From positions 8,570,004 to 8,634,003 of the forward strand of contig NC_083402.1 in assembly GCF_020745735.1 (NCBI RefSeq): a stretch of 64,000 bases of DNA, read 5' to 3'. The translations under genes and the position numbers were made by a program. Below, in pieces: positions 23,358-35,900 of this stretch; the first letter of the stretch is position 1; each line of letters begins with the position of its first letter. The notes beneath the pieces were generated by a model. The model was not told the origin of the DNA and ran no database searches. It saw nothing but the letters and a program-made list of their open reading frames with translations. Source of the stretch: Hemiscyllium ocellatum (lineage: Eukaryota).

Positions 23358-23576
23358 GAAGAGATAATCCCCACCTTGTGAAAGGTTAGGTGGCATTGAT
23401 GGAAGAGATAATCCCCACCTTGTCAAAGGTTAGGTGGTATTGATTGAAGAGATAATCCCCACCTTGTCAAAGGTTAGGTGGTATTGATTGAAGAGATATC
23501 CCTACCTTGTGAAAGGTTAGGTGGTATTGGTGGAAGAGATCATTCCCATCTTGTGAAAGATTAGGTGGCATTGATA
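23358..23576. repeat. Minisatellite, 5 x 44 bp
   Basis: Units start at 23358, 23402, 23446, 23490 and 23533; consensus GAAGAGATAATCCCCACCTTGTSAAAGGTTAGGTGGYATTGATK. Confidence 0.95.
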
Positions 23577-23886
23577 GTCTTGTTGACGGTTACAATTGTT
23601 GTACCACAGTCAAGCACCAACATATGCTGATGACCATTCTAACCACTTTCACAACCGAGGCAATGTCCAGTTCCATGAATCTCTCAGTTAAGTTAGCTTC
23701 AATGAAGTTTAATTCCATGCTTTTATATCAAAATTGGTCAATTAATTTGTTGATATTTTCATATGGCTGCTGACAGTATGACATGAGCTCAAACCTACAA
23801 ATCCACAAGTTGACTTGGATCTTAAGCTGATCTTCTGAAATGTTGTCAGAATCTTTACAGTAATCCTCACAAAACAGCTGAGGATT

Positions 23887-23910
23887 TCATTGTTCATGAT
23901 CTTGCATTTT
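23887..23910 (-). CDS. Putative terminal coding exon (KMQDHEQ*)
   Basis: aaactttttatcactttag acceptor; phase 0 matches exon 6; TGA at 23887-23889; ATTAAA on the minus strand at 23708-23713. Confidence 0.55.
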   Translation of the reverse strand, partial: KMQDHEQ

Positions 23911-26900
23911 CTAAAGTGATAAAAAGTTTGACTGCCTACCTTTCTTTATCAGTTATTAATTGACCCATGAAGTGAAGACTCATTCTTCCTTTGAATAACT
24001 TATGTTCTGACAGTGTCACTGGAGTACTGATCCATGTTTTGATGTTTGCTTTCTATCCTTACTGTGCTAACATTTCTGTGTTCTTTCAAAATAGCAAACA
24101 AACAATGGTAATGCTTCTCTTTCTTTTTCTCTCTTTTTGTTTCTCTCATTGCCACTGCTTCAAAGGTTGAAGCCTTATTTATTTTATTTTGTCTGTTTTA
24201 AAAGAAAACACTGAGCAGAGATTGTACATTGTGGCAACTTGGATGGTGCTTTACGTCATGCACCATTTTCTGCTTTTATAGTATTTGCAAAGAAAAAAAT
24301 CATAGAAGAACCTGTGAATAGATCATCCTTAACAATACCAACATTTTACTCGAGATGGTTTACATCTCCATGGTTCTAATATCTAGCTGTCCTTAAGGTA
24401 TGGCAGCTTTCTCGAGGTCATGTAATAATAAACCATCCAATACATCATCTTCAGGTAAATAGGGTGAGCAATGAATGCTGCCCGATTACAGACGTAGGTG
24501 CAGACATACAGACGGACAGAACATATTAGATACATTTAAAAAGCTTACACCCATTTGAATTTATATATGTATTAATATATAGTTAAATAGAGATACCTAT
24601 GAAAACAATTTTGTCAGGTTTAGGAGCTGGTGAATCCCATGATGCTCCTTGAATTTTATCTGGGGAATAATGTAGCCTCAGTTACACAGTTCAGTACTCA
24701 CTGTAAATGCTCAGTCCTAACATGTACTCACAACAGTTGCATAGGTTACATCTGTAATAAAGGATACTGAAATTAGAGCTGATTATAGATTAGATTAGAT
24801 TACTTACAGTGTGAAAACAGGCCCTTCGGCCCAACAAGTCCACACCGACCCTCCGAACAGCAACCCACCCAGACCCATTCCTCTACATTTACCCCTTCAC
24901 CTAACACTATGGGCAACTTAGCACGGCCAACTCACCGAACCTGCACGTTTTTTTTGGACTGTGGGAGGAAACCGGAGCACCCGGAGGAAACCCACGCAGA
25001 CACGGGGTGAATGTGCAAACTCCACACAGACGTTTGCCTGAGGCGGGAATTGAACCTGGGTCTCTGGCGCTGTGAGGCAGCAGTGCTAACCACTGTATCA
25101 CTGTGCCGCCCTAACTGTGCTAACATTTCTGTGTTCTTTCGAAATAGCAAACAAACAATGGTAATGGTATAAGTTTGAAGGTAATTACAAGAATTTAGCC
25201 CAATATCAGCTCCTTCGGTATGAGGATAATTACAGAAAGGTGCATTATGGTGAGTCCTCTTCTGGATTGCTATCTAGATTAGAGTGGTGCTGGAAAAGCA
25301 CAGCAGGTCAGGCATCATCTGAGGAGCAGGGAAATCAAGGTTTCAGGCAAAAGCCCTTCATCAGGAATAGAGGCAGGTTGCCTGCAGAGTGGATAGATCA
25401 ATGAGAGGGGGGTGGGGGCAGGGACAAAGTAGCATAGAGTACAATAGGTGAATGGGGGGTGGGAATGAAGGTGATAGGTCAGAGAAGAGGGTGGGGGAAG
25501 GAAGCATAGAGTACAATGGGTGAATGGGGGGCGGGAATGAAGGTGATAGGTCAGAGAGGAGGGTGGAGTGGATAAGTGGAAAAGAAGATAGGCAGGTAGG
25601 ACATGTCATGAAGGCGGTGCTTAGCTGGAAAGCGGGAGCAGGGGTGAGGTGGGGGAAGGGGAAATGAGGAAACTGGTGAAGTCCACATTGATGCCCTGGA
25701 GTTGGAGGGTCCCGAGGTGGAAGATGAAGCGTTCTTCCTCCAGGCGTCGGGTGGTGAGGAAGCAGCAGTGGAGGAGGCCCAGGACCTGCATGTCCTTGGC
25801 AGAGTGGGAGGGGGAGTTGAAATGTTGGGCCACAGGGCGGTGGAGTTGATTGGTGCCGGTGTCCCAAAGATGTTCCCTAAAGCGCTCTGCTAGGAGGCGT
25901 CCAGTGTCCCCGATGTAGAGGAGGCCGCATCCGGAGCAGGTCCTGGGCCTCCTCCACCACTGCTCCCTCACCACCCTACGCCTGGAGGAAGAAAGCATCA
26001 TCTTCCGATCATTTATCCTACTCTAAGATCAAACTAACCTTCATTTTACTATCATCCATGTGCCTATCCAAGAGTCGCCTAAATGTCCCTAATATAACTA
26101 ACTCTACCACCACTGGTGGCAGTGCATTCCATCTACCCACCACTCTGATATCTCGCCTAAATCTTCTCCAATCACCTTAAAAATTATGTCCCCTCATGAC
26201 AGCCATTTCCGCCCTGGGAAAAAGTCTCTGGCTATCCACTCTATCTATGCCTCTCATCATCTTGTACACCTCTCTCAAGTCACCTCTCATCCTTCATCAT
26301 TCCAATGAGAAAAGCCCTAGCTCCCTCAACTTCTCTCCATAAGACATACCCTCCAATCTAGGCAGCATCCTGGTAAATCTCCTCTGCACCTCTCTCAAGC
26401 TTCTACATCATTTCTATATGAGGTGACCAGAGCTGAACACAATATCCCTCTGTTCCTCCATACTGCCAAAAATCCTGCCTATAATGTGCATTCAAATTCA
26501 ATCTTCCAAAATGAATCACTTGACACTTTTCTAGGTTGAACTCCATGTGCCACTTAGCACAGTTCTGCATCCTGTCATTGTCCCGTTGCAACCTATAACA
26601 GCCCTCCACACTATCCACCACTCCACCAATCTTTGTGTCATCAGCAAACTTACTAACCCACTCTTCCACTTCCTCATCCAAGTCATTTATAAAATTCACA
26701 AAGAACAGAGGTCCCAGAACAGATCCCTACAGAACACCACTGGTCACCGAGCTCCAGGCTGAATACTTAGCATCCACTATTGCCCTATCTCTTCCATGGG
26801 CCAGCCAATTCTGTATTCAAACAGCAAATTTCCTTGTATCCCATGCCTCCCTACTTTCTTAATGAGCCTACCAAGGGGAACCTTATCAAACACCTCACTA

Positions 26901-29900
26901 AAATCCATATACATTGCATCCACTGCTCTACCTTCATCAACATGTTTTGTCACATCCTCAAAGAATTCAATAAAGCATGACCTGCCCCTCACAAAGCCAT
27001 GCTGATTATCTTTAATCAAACTATGCTTTTCCAAATAATCATAAATCCTGCCTCTACAAATCCTCTCCAATAATTTGCCCACTACCGCCATAAGACTGCC
27101 TTATTATCCCTATTCCATTTTGTGAACAAAGAAATAACATTTGCCACCCTCCAATCATCTGATAATACTCCACTGGACACTGAGGATGCAAAGATCATTA
27201 TAAAAGGCACAGCAATCTCTTCCCTCGATTCCTGTAGTTAACTTTGGTCTATCACATCTGGCCCAAAGGACATATCTATCCTCGTGTGTTCAAAATTTCT
27301 AGCACATCCCCCTTCTTAACATCAACCTGTTACAGCATATCAGCCTGTTTCATGCTATCTTCACAAACAACAATGTTCCTCGCAGAAGCGAATATTGAAG
27401 CAAAATATTCATTAAGGATCTCCCCTATCTCCTCGATCTCCAGGCACAAGTTCCCTCCACTAACTCTGATCTGCCATACCCTCGCTCTGACATCATCTTG
27501 TTCCTCACATACATGTAGAATGCCTTGGGATTTTCTGCAATCCTATCTGCCAAGGCTTTTTCAGGTTCCCTTCTAGCTCTCTTAAGTCCATTCTTCAGTT
27601 CCTTCCTGGCTACCTTGTAACCCTCTAGAGCCCTGTCTGATCCTTGCTTCCTCAACTTCAAGTAAGCTTCTTTCTTCCTCTTGACTAGATGTTCTATATC
27701 CCTTGTCATCCAAGGTTCCTTCACCCTACTATCCCTTCCTTGCTTCATTGGGACAAATCTATCCAGCACACGCAGCAAGTGCTCCCTAAACAACCTCCAC
27801 ATTTCTGTCATGCACTTCCCTGAGAATATCTCTTCCCAATTCATGCTCCACAACTTTGATCTAATAGCATTGTAATTTCCCCCTCCTCCAATTAAATACT
27901 TTCCCACACTGTGTGTTCCTGTCCTTCACCAGGACGAAAGTAAAGGTCAGGGAGTTTTGATTACTATTACCGATGTGTTCTCCCACCGAGAGATCTGACA
28001 TTTGATCTGATTCATTGCCAAGCACGAAATCCAGTATGGCCTCCTCTCTCATTGGCCTATCTATATATTGAGTTAAGCATCTATCCTGGACACACATGAC
28101 AAAATCTGCTCCATCCCAACTATTTGTACTGAGGAGGTTCCAATCAATATTTAGGAAGTTGAAGTCACCCATGACAACAATCCCGTTACTTCTGCAACTT
28201 TTCCAAATCTGCTTCCCAATCTGCTCCTCCGTGTCTCTATTGCGATTAGGGAGGTGGAGACAAAACTCCCAACAAAATGACTCCCTTTCCTGTTTCTGAC
28301 TTCCACTCCTACTGACTCAATAGACAAATCCTCCTGAAAGAAGTGAATTCAATTGACTTGCGCAGAATGTACAAAGGCAACATAGGACAGATAGAGGAAG
28401 GGATCCATGGCAGACGACCAACTGGGAAGAGGACAATTTGAATGAACAAATGACTTATAAAACCTCAGGATATAGCCAGCCGGAGTTGGGGACCCAATAC
28501 CAGAGAAATGGATCGGCCAGTCTTAACTGGCACTGGTTCACACAGAGAAAAAAATTTCTTCAGGGGATGGGCAATGGGGAGTTGGAGAAAAAAATTTGTA
28601 ATTGGATTTTTCAAGATCAAACCAACTCACCCCCTTCTGCATCAGTGATTGTGACGTTCCTGCTGCCTGGAACCAATGGAGAAATTTCTGTTAATCAAAA
28701 GAATAAATTTTAACATGAAACATCATAAAATGGTGAAAGACATAAGATGTGTTGAACAGTTTCAAGCTGGTTACCTTTTTTGCTGCTGTTGATTACAATG
28801 CTGGCATAGGTGAGGGAATCAGGCTGCGCTGTAACCCAAACAATATAGATTTGGAAACTGCGTTATTCCATCGGTCACCTTACTCGAGAATCAACACATT
28901 TTACAGCATCGTAGCATCTTGTATTGAGAGCACACGTTTACCACATCATAAAGGTCGCATAGGAATCAGGGAGCCATTTTACATAGGGTCATGAAAAGTG
29001 CTATTACAGTTAGTATGTTAACTTAGTGAGTGGTTAAGCAATTAATTGGGATGGATTAATTAGTTAACTATTTAAAAGGTGGCAATGGTCAAAAGAGCGG
29101 GGAGATCACCTTGTTAAAAAACACTATCTACAAAGAAAGCTGTTTAGGTTTCTGATTCACTGATTAACTAGGATCCACGTTGACAAAGTGATCAAACAGT
29201 GTGAAGCATTGCGAAGATGGACTGTAGCAACTCGCCAAGCACTTTTGACCTTTGACAGCACCTACAACCTTTACCTACTAGAAGGACAACAACAAGAGGG
29301 ATGGATAAAAGACCAGCTCCCATTTCCCCCAATGTCTCACACCATCATGGTTTTTATCAGATGTCCTTTATTAACTGACCCATTTTCCTACAAAGCTCCA
29401 CTTGGCTTGGTAAGGTTTGATTAAATCTTACTTCAACTACTCTGTTTGAAGAAGAATAACTCCATTAGCTCTCGTTCTCCCAAACTACTGGCATTCATCT
29501 CTGAAATTATTTGACTAAATCTTCTTTCTACTAAGACCTTGACACCCTCCCTAAAATGAGGTGTCAAGATTGGTCATGTGTCTCTAGCTGGATTCCAAAA
29601 GATGTTTTATAAAACAATATGTTCTTGCTTTTGAAATCAATCTCAACTAATCCTCTGAGTTTCAAAGTCGTCTGATTGTGAACTACCAGAATCTTTCTGT
29701 TCTTGTAACCATTCTAAAATTGTACCAAACACACCAAAAGCTGGAGAAACTCAGCAGCTCTGGCAGCACCTGTGAAGAGAGAAACAGAGTTTATGTTTTA
29801 AGTCTGGTATGACTTTTCTTTGTTCCAAATAATTTTTCAGAATTTGTCAGAACAATTATCAGACTTGAAAAATTATTCAAAACAAATAAAAGTAACACTA

Positions 29901-32900
29901 GACTCAAAACGTTAATGCTTTTTCTCTCTCCATAGATGTTGCTAGACCCATTGAGCTTCTCCAACAATGTGATGCTTGTTTTAGATTTCCATTATTCTCG
30001 ATATTTTGCCTTCATGTAAAGTTGTACCATTTTGATTATACTGTCTCTTTTCATTCAAATCATTATCAAAATGTATCATTCATCTGGTCATTTCACCAGC
30101 ACATATCCTCCAAAATTTGTTGGTACTTTACGTACTGTTCATTACATTTTGGAGCTTTGTATGATCTGTCCTGTAATATATCCTGTATACCAGAGTACAA
30201 GTCATTCACATAGACCAGGACCTGATCAGGTGTACCCTAGAACTCTGTGGGAAGCTAGAGAAGTGATTGCTGGGCCTCTTGCTGAGTCATTTATATCATC
30301 AATAGTCACAGGTGAGGTGCCGGAAGACTGGAGGTTGGCTAATGTGGTGCCACTGTTTAAGAAAGGTAGTAAGGACAAGCCAGGGAACTATAGACCAGTG
30401 AGCCTGATGTTGGTGCTGGGCAAGTTGCTGGAGGGAATCCTGAGGGACAGGATGTATATGTATTTGGAAAGGCAAGGACAGATTTGGGATAGTCAACATG
30501 GCTTTGTGCATGGGAAATCAAATCACACAAACTTTGATTGAGTTTTGTGAGGAAGTAACAAAGAAGAATGATGAGGGCAGAGTGGTAGATGCGATCTATA
30601 TGGACTTCAGTAAGGCATTTGACAAGGTTCCCCATGGGATACTGATTGACTGATTAGCAAGGTTAAATCTCATGGAAAACAGGGAGAACTAGCCATTTGG
30701 ATACAGATTGGCTCAAAGGTAGAAGACAGAGGGTGGTGTGGTGGAGGGTTGTTTTTCAAATTGGAGGTCTGTGACCAGTGGAGTGCCACAAGGATCAGTG
30801 CTGGGTCCTCTACTTTTTGTCTTTTAATAAATGATTTGGATGCAAGCATAAGAGGTACAGTTAGTAAGTTTGCAGATTATACCAAAATTGGAGGTGTAGT
30901 GGACAGCGAAGGGGGTTACCTCAGATTACAACAGGATCTGGACCAGATGGGCCAATGAGCTGAGAAGTGACAGATGGAGTTTAATTCAGATAAATGCGAG
31001 GTGTTGCATTTTGGGAAAGCAAATCTTAGCAGGACTTATACACATAATGGTAAGGTCCTAGGGAGTGTTGCTGAACAAAGAGACCTTGGAGTGCAGGTTC
31101 ATAGCTCCTTGAAAGTGGAATCGCAGGTAGATGGGATAGTGAAGAAGGCGTTTGGTATGCTTTCCTTTATTGGTGAGAGTATTGAGTACAGGAGTTGATG
31201 AGGTCATGTTGTGGCTGTACAGGATACTGGTTAGGCCACTGTTGTAATATTGCATGCAATTCTGGTCTCCTTCCTATCGGAAAGATGTTGTGAAACTTGA
31301 AAGGGTTCAGAAAAGATTTACAAGGATGTTGCCAAGGTTGGAGGATTTGAGCTACAGGGAGAGGCTGAACAGGCTGGGGCTGTTTTCCCTGAAGCGTCAG
31401 AGGCAAAGGGGTGACCTTATAGCAATGTACAAAACAATGAGGGGCATGGATAGGGTAAATAGGCAAAGTCTTTTCCCTGGGGTCGGGGAGTGCAGAACTA
31501 GAGGGCATAGGTTTAGGGTGAGAGGGGAAAGATATAAAAGAGACTTATGGGACAACGTTTTCACACAGAGGGTGGTACGTGTATGGAATCAACTTCCAGA
31601 GGAAGTGGTGGAGGCTGGTACAATTGCAACATTTAAGAAGCATTTGGATGGGTATATGAATAGGAAGGGTTTGGAGGGATATGGGCCGGGTGCTGGCAGG
31701 TGGGACTGGATTGGGTTGGGACATCTGGCTGGCATGGGCAGGTTGGACCTAAGGGTCTGTTTCCGTGCTGTACATCTCTATGACTCTAAGATCAAAAACA
31801 GAATTGTTTCAATAACACTGCACACTTCCCATAAGTCTGAAATACAACTGCGCACTGTCATCTCTGCTTTCTTGTTCTAAGCCAACTTCAAAACTATGCA
31901 GCCACAGGTCAATTTTGTGAATAATTTTGTTAACAGGAGTCTTCCAAATGAATCTACCTTCCAGCTTTTGTTCCATATTCATGAAGATTTGTGTGCTTCA
32001 AGTGCTTATCCAAGTGGGTTTATAAATTATGTAAATCACTGATGTAACCTAAACAATAAGGGAACTAGTACTGAGCAATATGGGATTTCACATGAGGGAC
32101 AGCATTCCAGTCACAAAACCACAACACTGAGCTTCCTGCCGCAGAACCAGTTTTGGATCAAACTTGCCACTTTCCCCTGGATCCCATGTATTTTGGTTTT
32201 GTGTCCAGTCTGTCATGTGGAACCTCACCAATGACCTTGCTAACATCCATGTTGATGGACAATCCGCAACACCTAATCAGCCATCCTTCAATACACCTCC
32301 AGAAAATTCAATCAACTTTGTCAGATACGACTGTCCATTATCAAATTCATACTGAGGGAATGGTACTTGTTGAACTCATGTTTTGAAGCAGCTCCTGAGG
32401 GGAGAATTCATGGTCACTTAAAATTGAATTGGGAATTCTAATTTGGGATGAATCTCTAGTGATGGGGCAGTCAAAGACCCTAGGGGTTGAACAGATTCCC
32501 AGTGTAACATTAAACACTCTCTACTCAGGAAACCAGACGTGAAATTAAATCAGTTCTTAAAGATAGAGGGCAGTGGGAGTGATCTCAAACTATATAGTTT
32601 CTCAATATTGAAGCAGAAAGTGGCTCACGGTCTTCCGACGGACTGATTGTGAATCTCTTGTCACCTTTAACAAAGACAAAAAATTCTGTTGGTTCAAAGA
32701 CAGAATCTAAATATCAATTAGACAACAGCTTAAAACCATTAAAGTGCAGCCAGTTACCTGTTCTGTTGCTGTCAATCTCAGCATAGGGGCTAGAACTGTC
32801 CTGATCTGTAACACAAACAGGAATGATAAGGGGATTTTCATCAGCAGGCTTGTCCATAGGTGTCAGCAGTGACTCAGTGGATACCACATACATCTCTGAG

Positions 32901-35900
32901 TTAGAAGGTTGGGGGTTCAATCTCCATTTCAGAGGCTACAGCGTATAATCTAGGCTGATACATCAGAGCTATGTTTGTGTAATGAAAGATGTATGGTTTA
33001 GATATTTTTATATTCATCAAATGGTTAAGGTTTGGATTTCAAAATAGTGACATATGGGATGGATTTTTTTTGTTAGGTTTTGTCAGGTACTAGAAAGGGT
33101 TCAGAAAAGATTTACAAGAACGTTGCCAGGGTTAGAGGATTTGAGCTATAGGGAGAGGCTGAACAGGCTGGGGCTGTTTTCCCTGGAGCGTTGGAGGCTG
33201 AGGGGTGACCTTATAGAGGTTTACAAAATTATGAGGGGCATGGATAGGGTAAATTGGTAAAGTCTTTTTCCTGGGGTTGGGTAGTCCAGAACTAGAGGGC
33301 ATAGGTGAGAGGGGAAAGATATAAAAGAGACCTACGGGGCACCGTTTTCACACAGAGGGTGGTATGTGTATGGAATGAGCTGCCAGAGGAAGTGGTGAAG
33401 CTGGTACAATTGCAACATTTAAGAGGCATCTGGATGGGTATATGAATAGGAAGGGTTTGGAGGGATATGAGCCAGGTGCTGACAGGTGGCACTAGATTGA
33501 GTTGGGATATCTGGTTGGCATGGATGGGTTGGATCGAAGGGTGTGTTTCCATGTTGTACATCTCTATGACTCTATGACTCTACTCTTTCTGGAGCAGTAA
33601 TCTAATCCACTATGTGTCAGAGAGCAGAAAAACTTGAAGTGTTCATGGAAAATTGTTTATACCCAGGTAGATTAAACATTGATGGTCATTATGTTGTTTT
33701 CAATTTAAAATCATCAAGGATTCATTTTTGGGTTTCAAAACTCAGTGATTGTACATTATTAAGCCAGTATAGAGGAAACCTGACTTGCGTAAGAGCAAGT
33801 ACATTCTTTCTCTGAGAAGGTTGTTATTTTTCTTTCAGACAAGGAAAGGCTGAGGCACTTGGGGCTGTTCTCATTGGAGAAAAGAAGGTTTAGGGGAGAT
33901 TTGATAGAGGTGTATAAGATGATTAGGGGTTTAGATAGGGTTGACAGTGAGAACCTTTTTCCGTGTATGGAGTCAGCTGTTACTAGGGGACACAGCTTTA
34001 AATTAAGGGGGGGTTGGTATAGGACAGATGTTAGGGGTAGATTCTTTACTCAGCGGGTTGTGAGTTCCTGGAATGCCCTGCCAGTATCAGTGGTGGACTC
34101 TCCCTCTTTATGGTCATTCAAGCGGGCATTGGATAAGCATATGGAGGTTATTGGGCTAGTGTAGGTTAGGTAGGCTTTGGTCGGCGCAACATCGAGGGCC
34201 GAAGGGCCTGTACTGTGCTGTATTTTTCTATGTTTCTATGTTCTATGTTCTAAGGGAATAGGTTACCTCAGTCGAAAAGATTAGCTTGGATAATTTCCAG
34301 ACCAGGAGTGGTTGGTTAGAAATTTAAGTCCATAGGATGATTAGACTATAAGACAGAGTAGAAGTAAGTCATTCAGCTCATTGAGTCTGTTCTGCCATTC
34401 AATGAGATCACAGTTAATCTGATAATCTTCAACTTCATTTTCTTACCTTTTCCCCATAACCCGTGATTCCCTTACTGACTAAAACTCTGTGTATCTCAGC
34501 CCCAAATACATTTACTGACTCTGCCTCAATAGCCCTCTGCAGTAAATAATTCCACAGATTCCTTATCTCTGTTTCCAAATAAGAAAGTCCAAGCTCTCAA
34601 ATTTGTGCTTAATTATCTAAGACAACTTTACAGTTCATAGAAAAGAAACTGGGTAGAAACAGTGAAGTTAGACTTAATATTTGATGTGAAAATTATAGCT
34701 TATCTGGATTTAAATCATTGTAAAAGTGATGGTGTTGTTAAATGAATTGGTATTGCTGCATACTTTAAGTTTTTTTAGATGTATTTAACATTGGATAGTT
34801 GATTTGTTTTCTTTTTGTTTTCATCTTTTGTGTAATTGACTTCTATTTTAATAAAGATACTGTGTAACCTTGTGTGACTACGTTCCAGTGGTTGACAATG
34901 ATGTTTATGAAAAACTAAAAACTCTTTTACCTTTAATACATATAAAAGACATTGCACCACCGTCCATGTCACTCAGGTCCCTACAACATTCTGCCCAATA
35001 CTTCCATTCCAGTCCATTGTGTAGTATAAGCTTTGCAAAATAAGAACCTGTGGTACTAGGGGCAAAGTACTGGATAGATTGAGGATTGGTTGATTGGCAG
35101 GAGACAGAGGCAAGAGTGGACATTAGATGTTGGAAATGAGGCTGAATTAATTATATGGGGAAAAAAAAATAGCAGAGGATCTGAATTGGTACTTTGTATT
35201 AGTCTTCAAAATGGAAGATACCAGTAGCATACCAGAACTTCTAGGGAGTCGGGGTCAGAGGTCAGTGCAGTAACTGTCACTGAGGAGAACATGGGACAAA
35301 GAACATAGAACAATACAGCTCAGAACAGGCCCTTCGGCCCTCGATGTTGCGCCGATCTGTGAACTATTCTCAGCTCAACCCCCTACATTATCCCAAAATC
35401 ATCCATGTGCTTATCTAAGATGCTTGTGGAGAAGGTGCTAGGGAAGCTGAAAGATTTGAAAGTGATAAATCATGGGGAGGTAATGGTCTGTGGAATTACT
35501 GCTGTGAATCTGGAGATCCAGGTAATGTTCTGGGGCCCCATATTTTCAGCATCTACTGCTCCCTTGAATGCCCAATTGAATCTGCCTTCACCACAAACCA
35601 GGGCAAGGGGATCCAGAAGCTAATTGCTAATTACTTGCTGTGTGAAAAAGATTATTCTCACTGGGTTTTTGCTTTCTTTGTAAACTTCCTTATATTTGTG
35701 CACTGTATTGATTTTGTTGTAAGTAGTAAAGGTTTCTCCCTATTCACTCTGTCTAGACCATAGAATTTCCTCTTTACCTTCTACTCTCCAAGGAAAACAG
35801 TCCAAACATCTCCAATCTATCTTCATCATTGAAATTCCTAAACCCTAGATCCATTTTATAACTTCTTCTGCACTCTCTCTGATGGGTCCAATCCTTCCTA

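Noticed and set aside
23358-23576. CRISPR-like appearance (palindromic repeats of regular period)
   Set aside because: Units are contiguous with no unique spacers, there are no cas genes, and the context is vertebrate.
23752-23763. YENI tyrosine motif on the minus strand
   Set aside because: It lies downstream of the in-frame TGA at 23887-23889 and only a weak alternative acceptor could reach it.
28501-28532. Possible 32-nt exon after 28631-28666
   Set aside because: It ends in phase 0, which is incompatible with the phase 1 VTYATV exon, and there is no motif support.
28747-28810. Plus-strand signal-peptide-like stretch ([13 protein letters not shown])
   Set aside because: It is bounded by stops and is explained as the antisense of the LTYASI exon.
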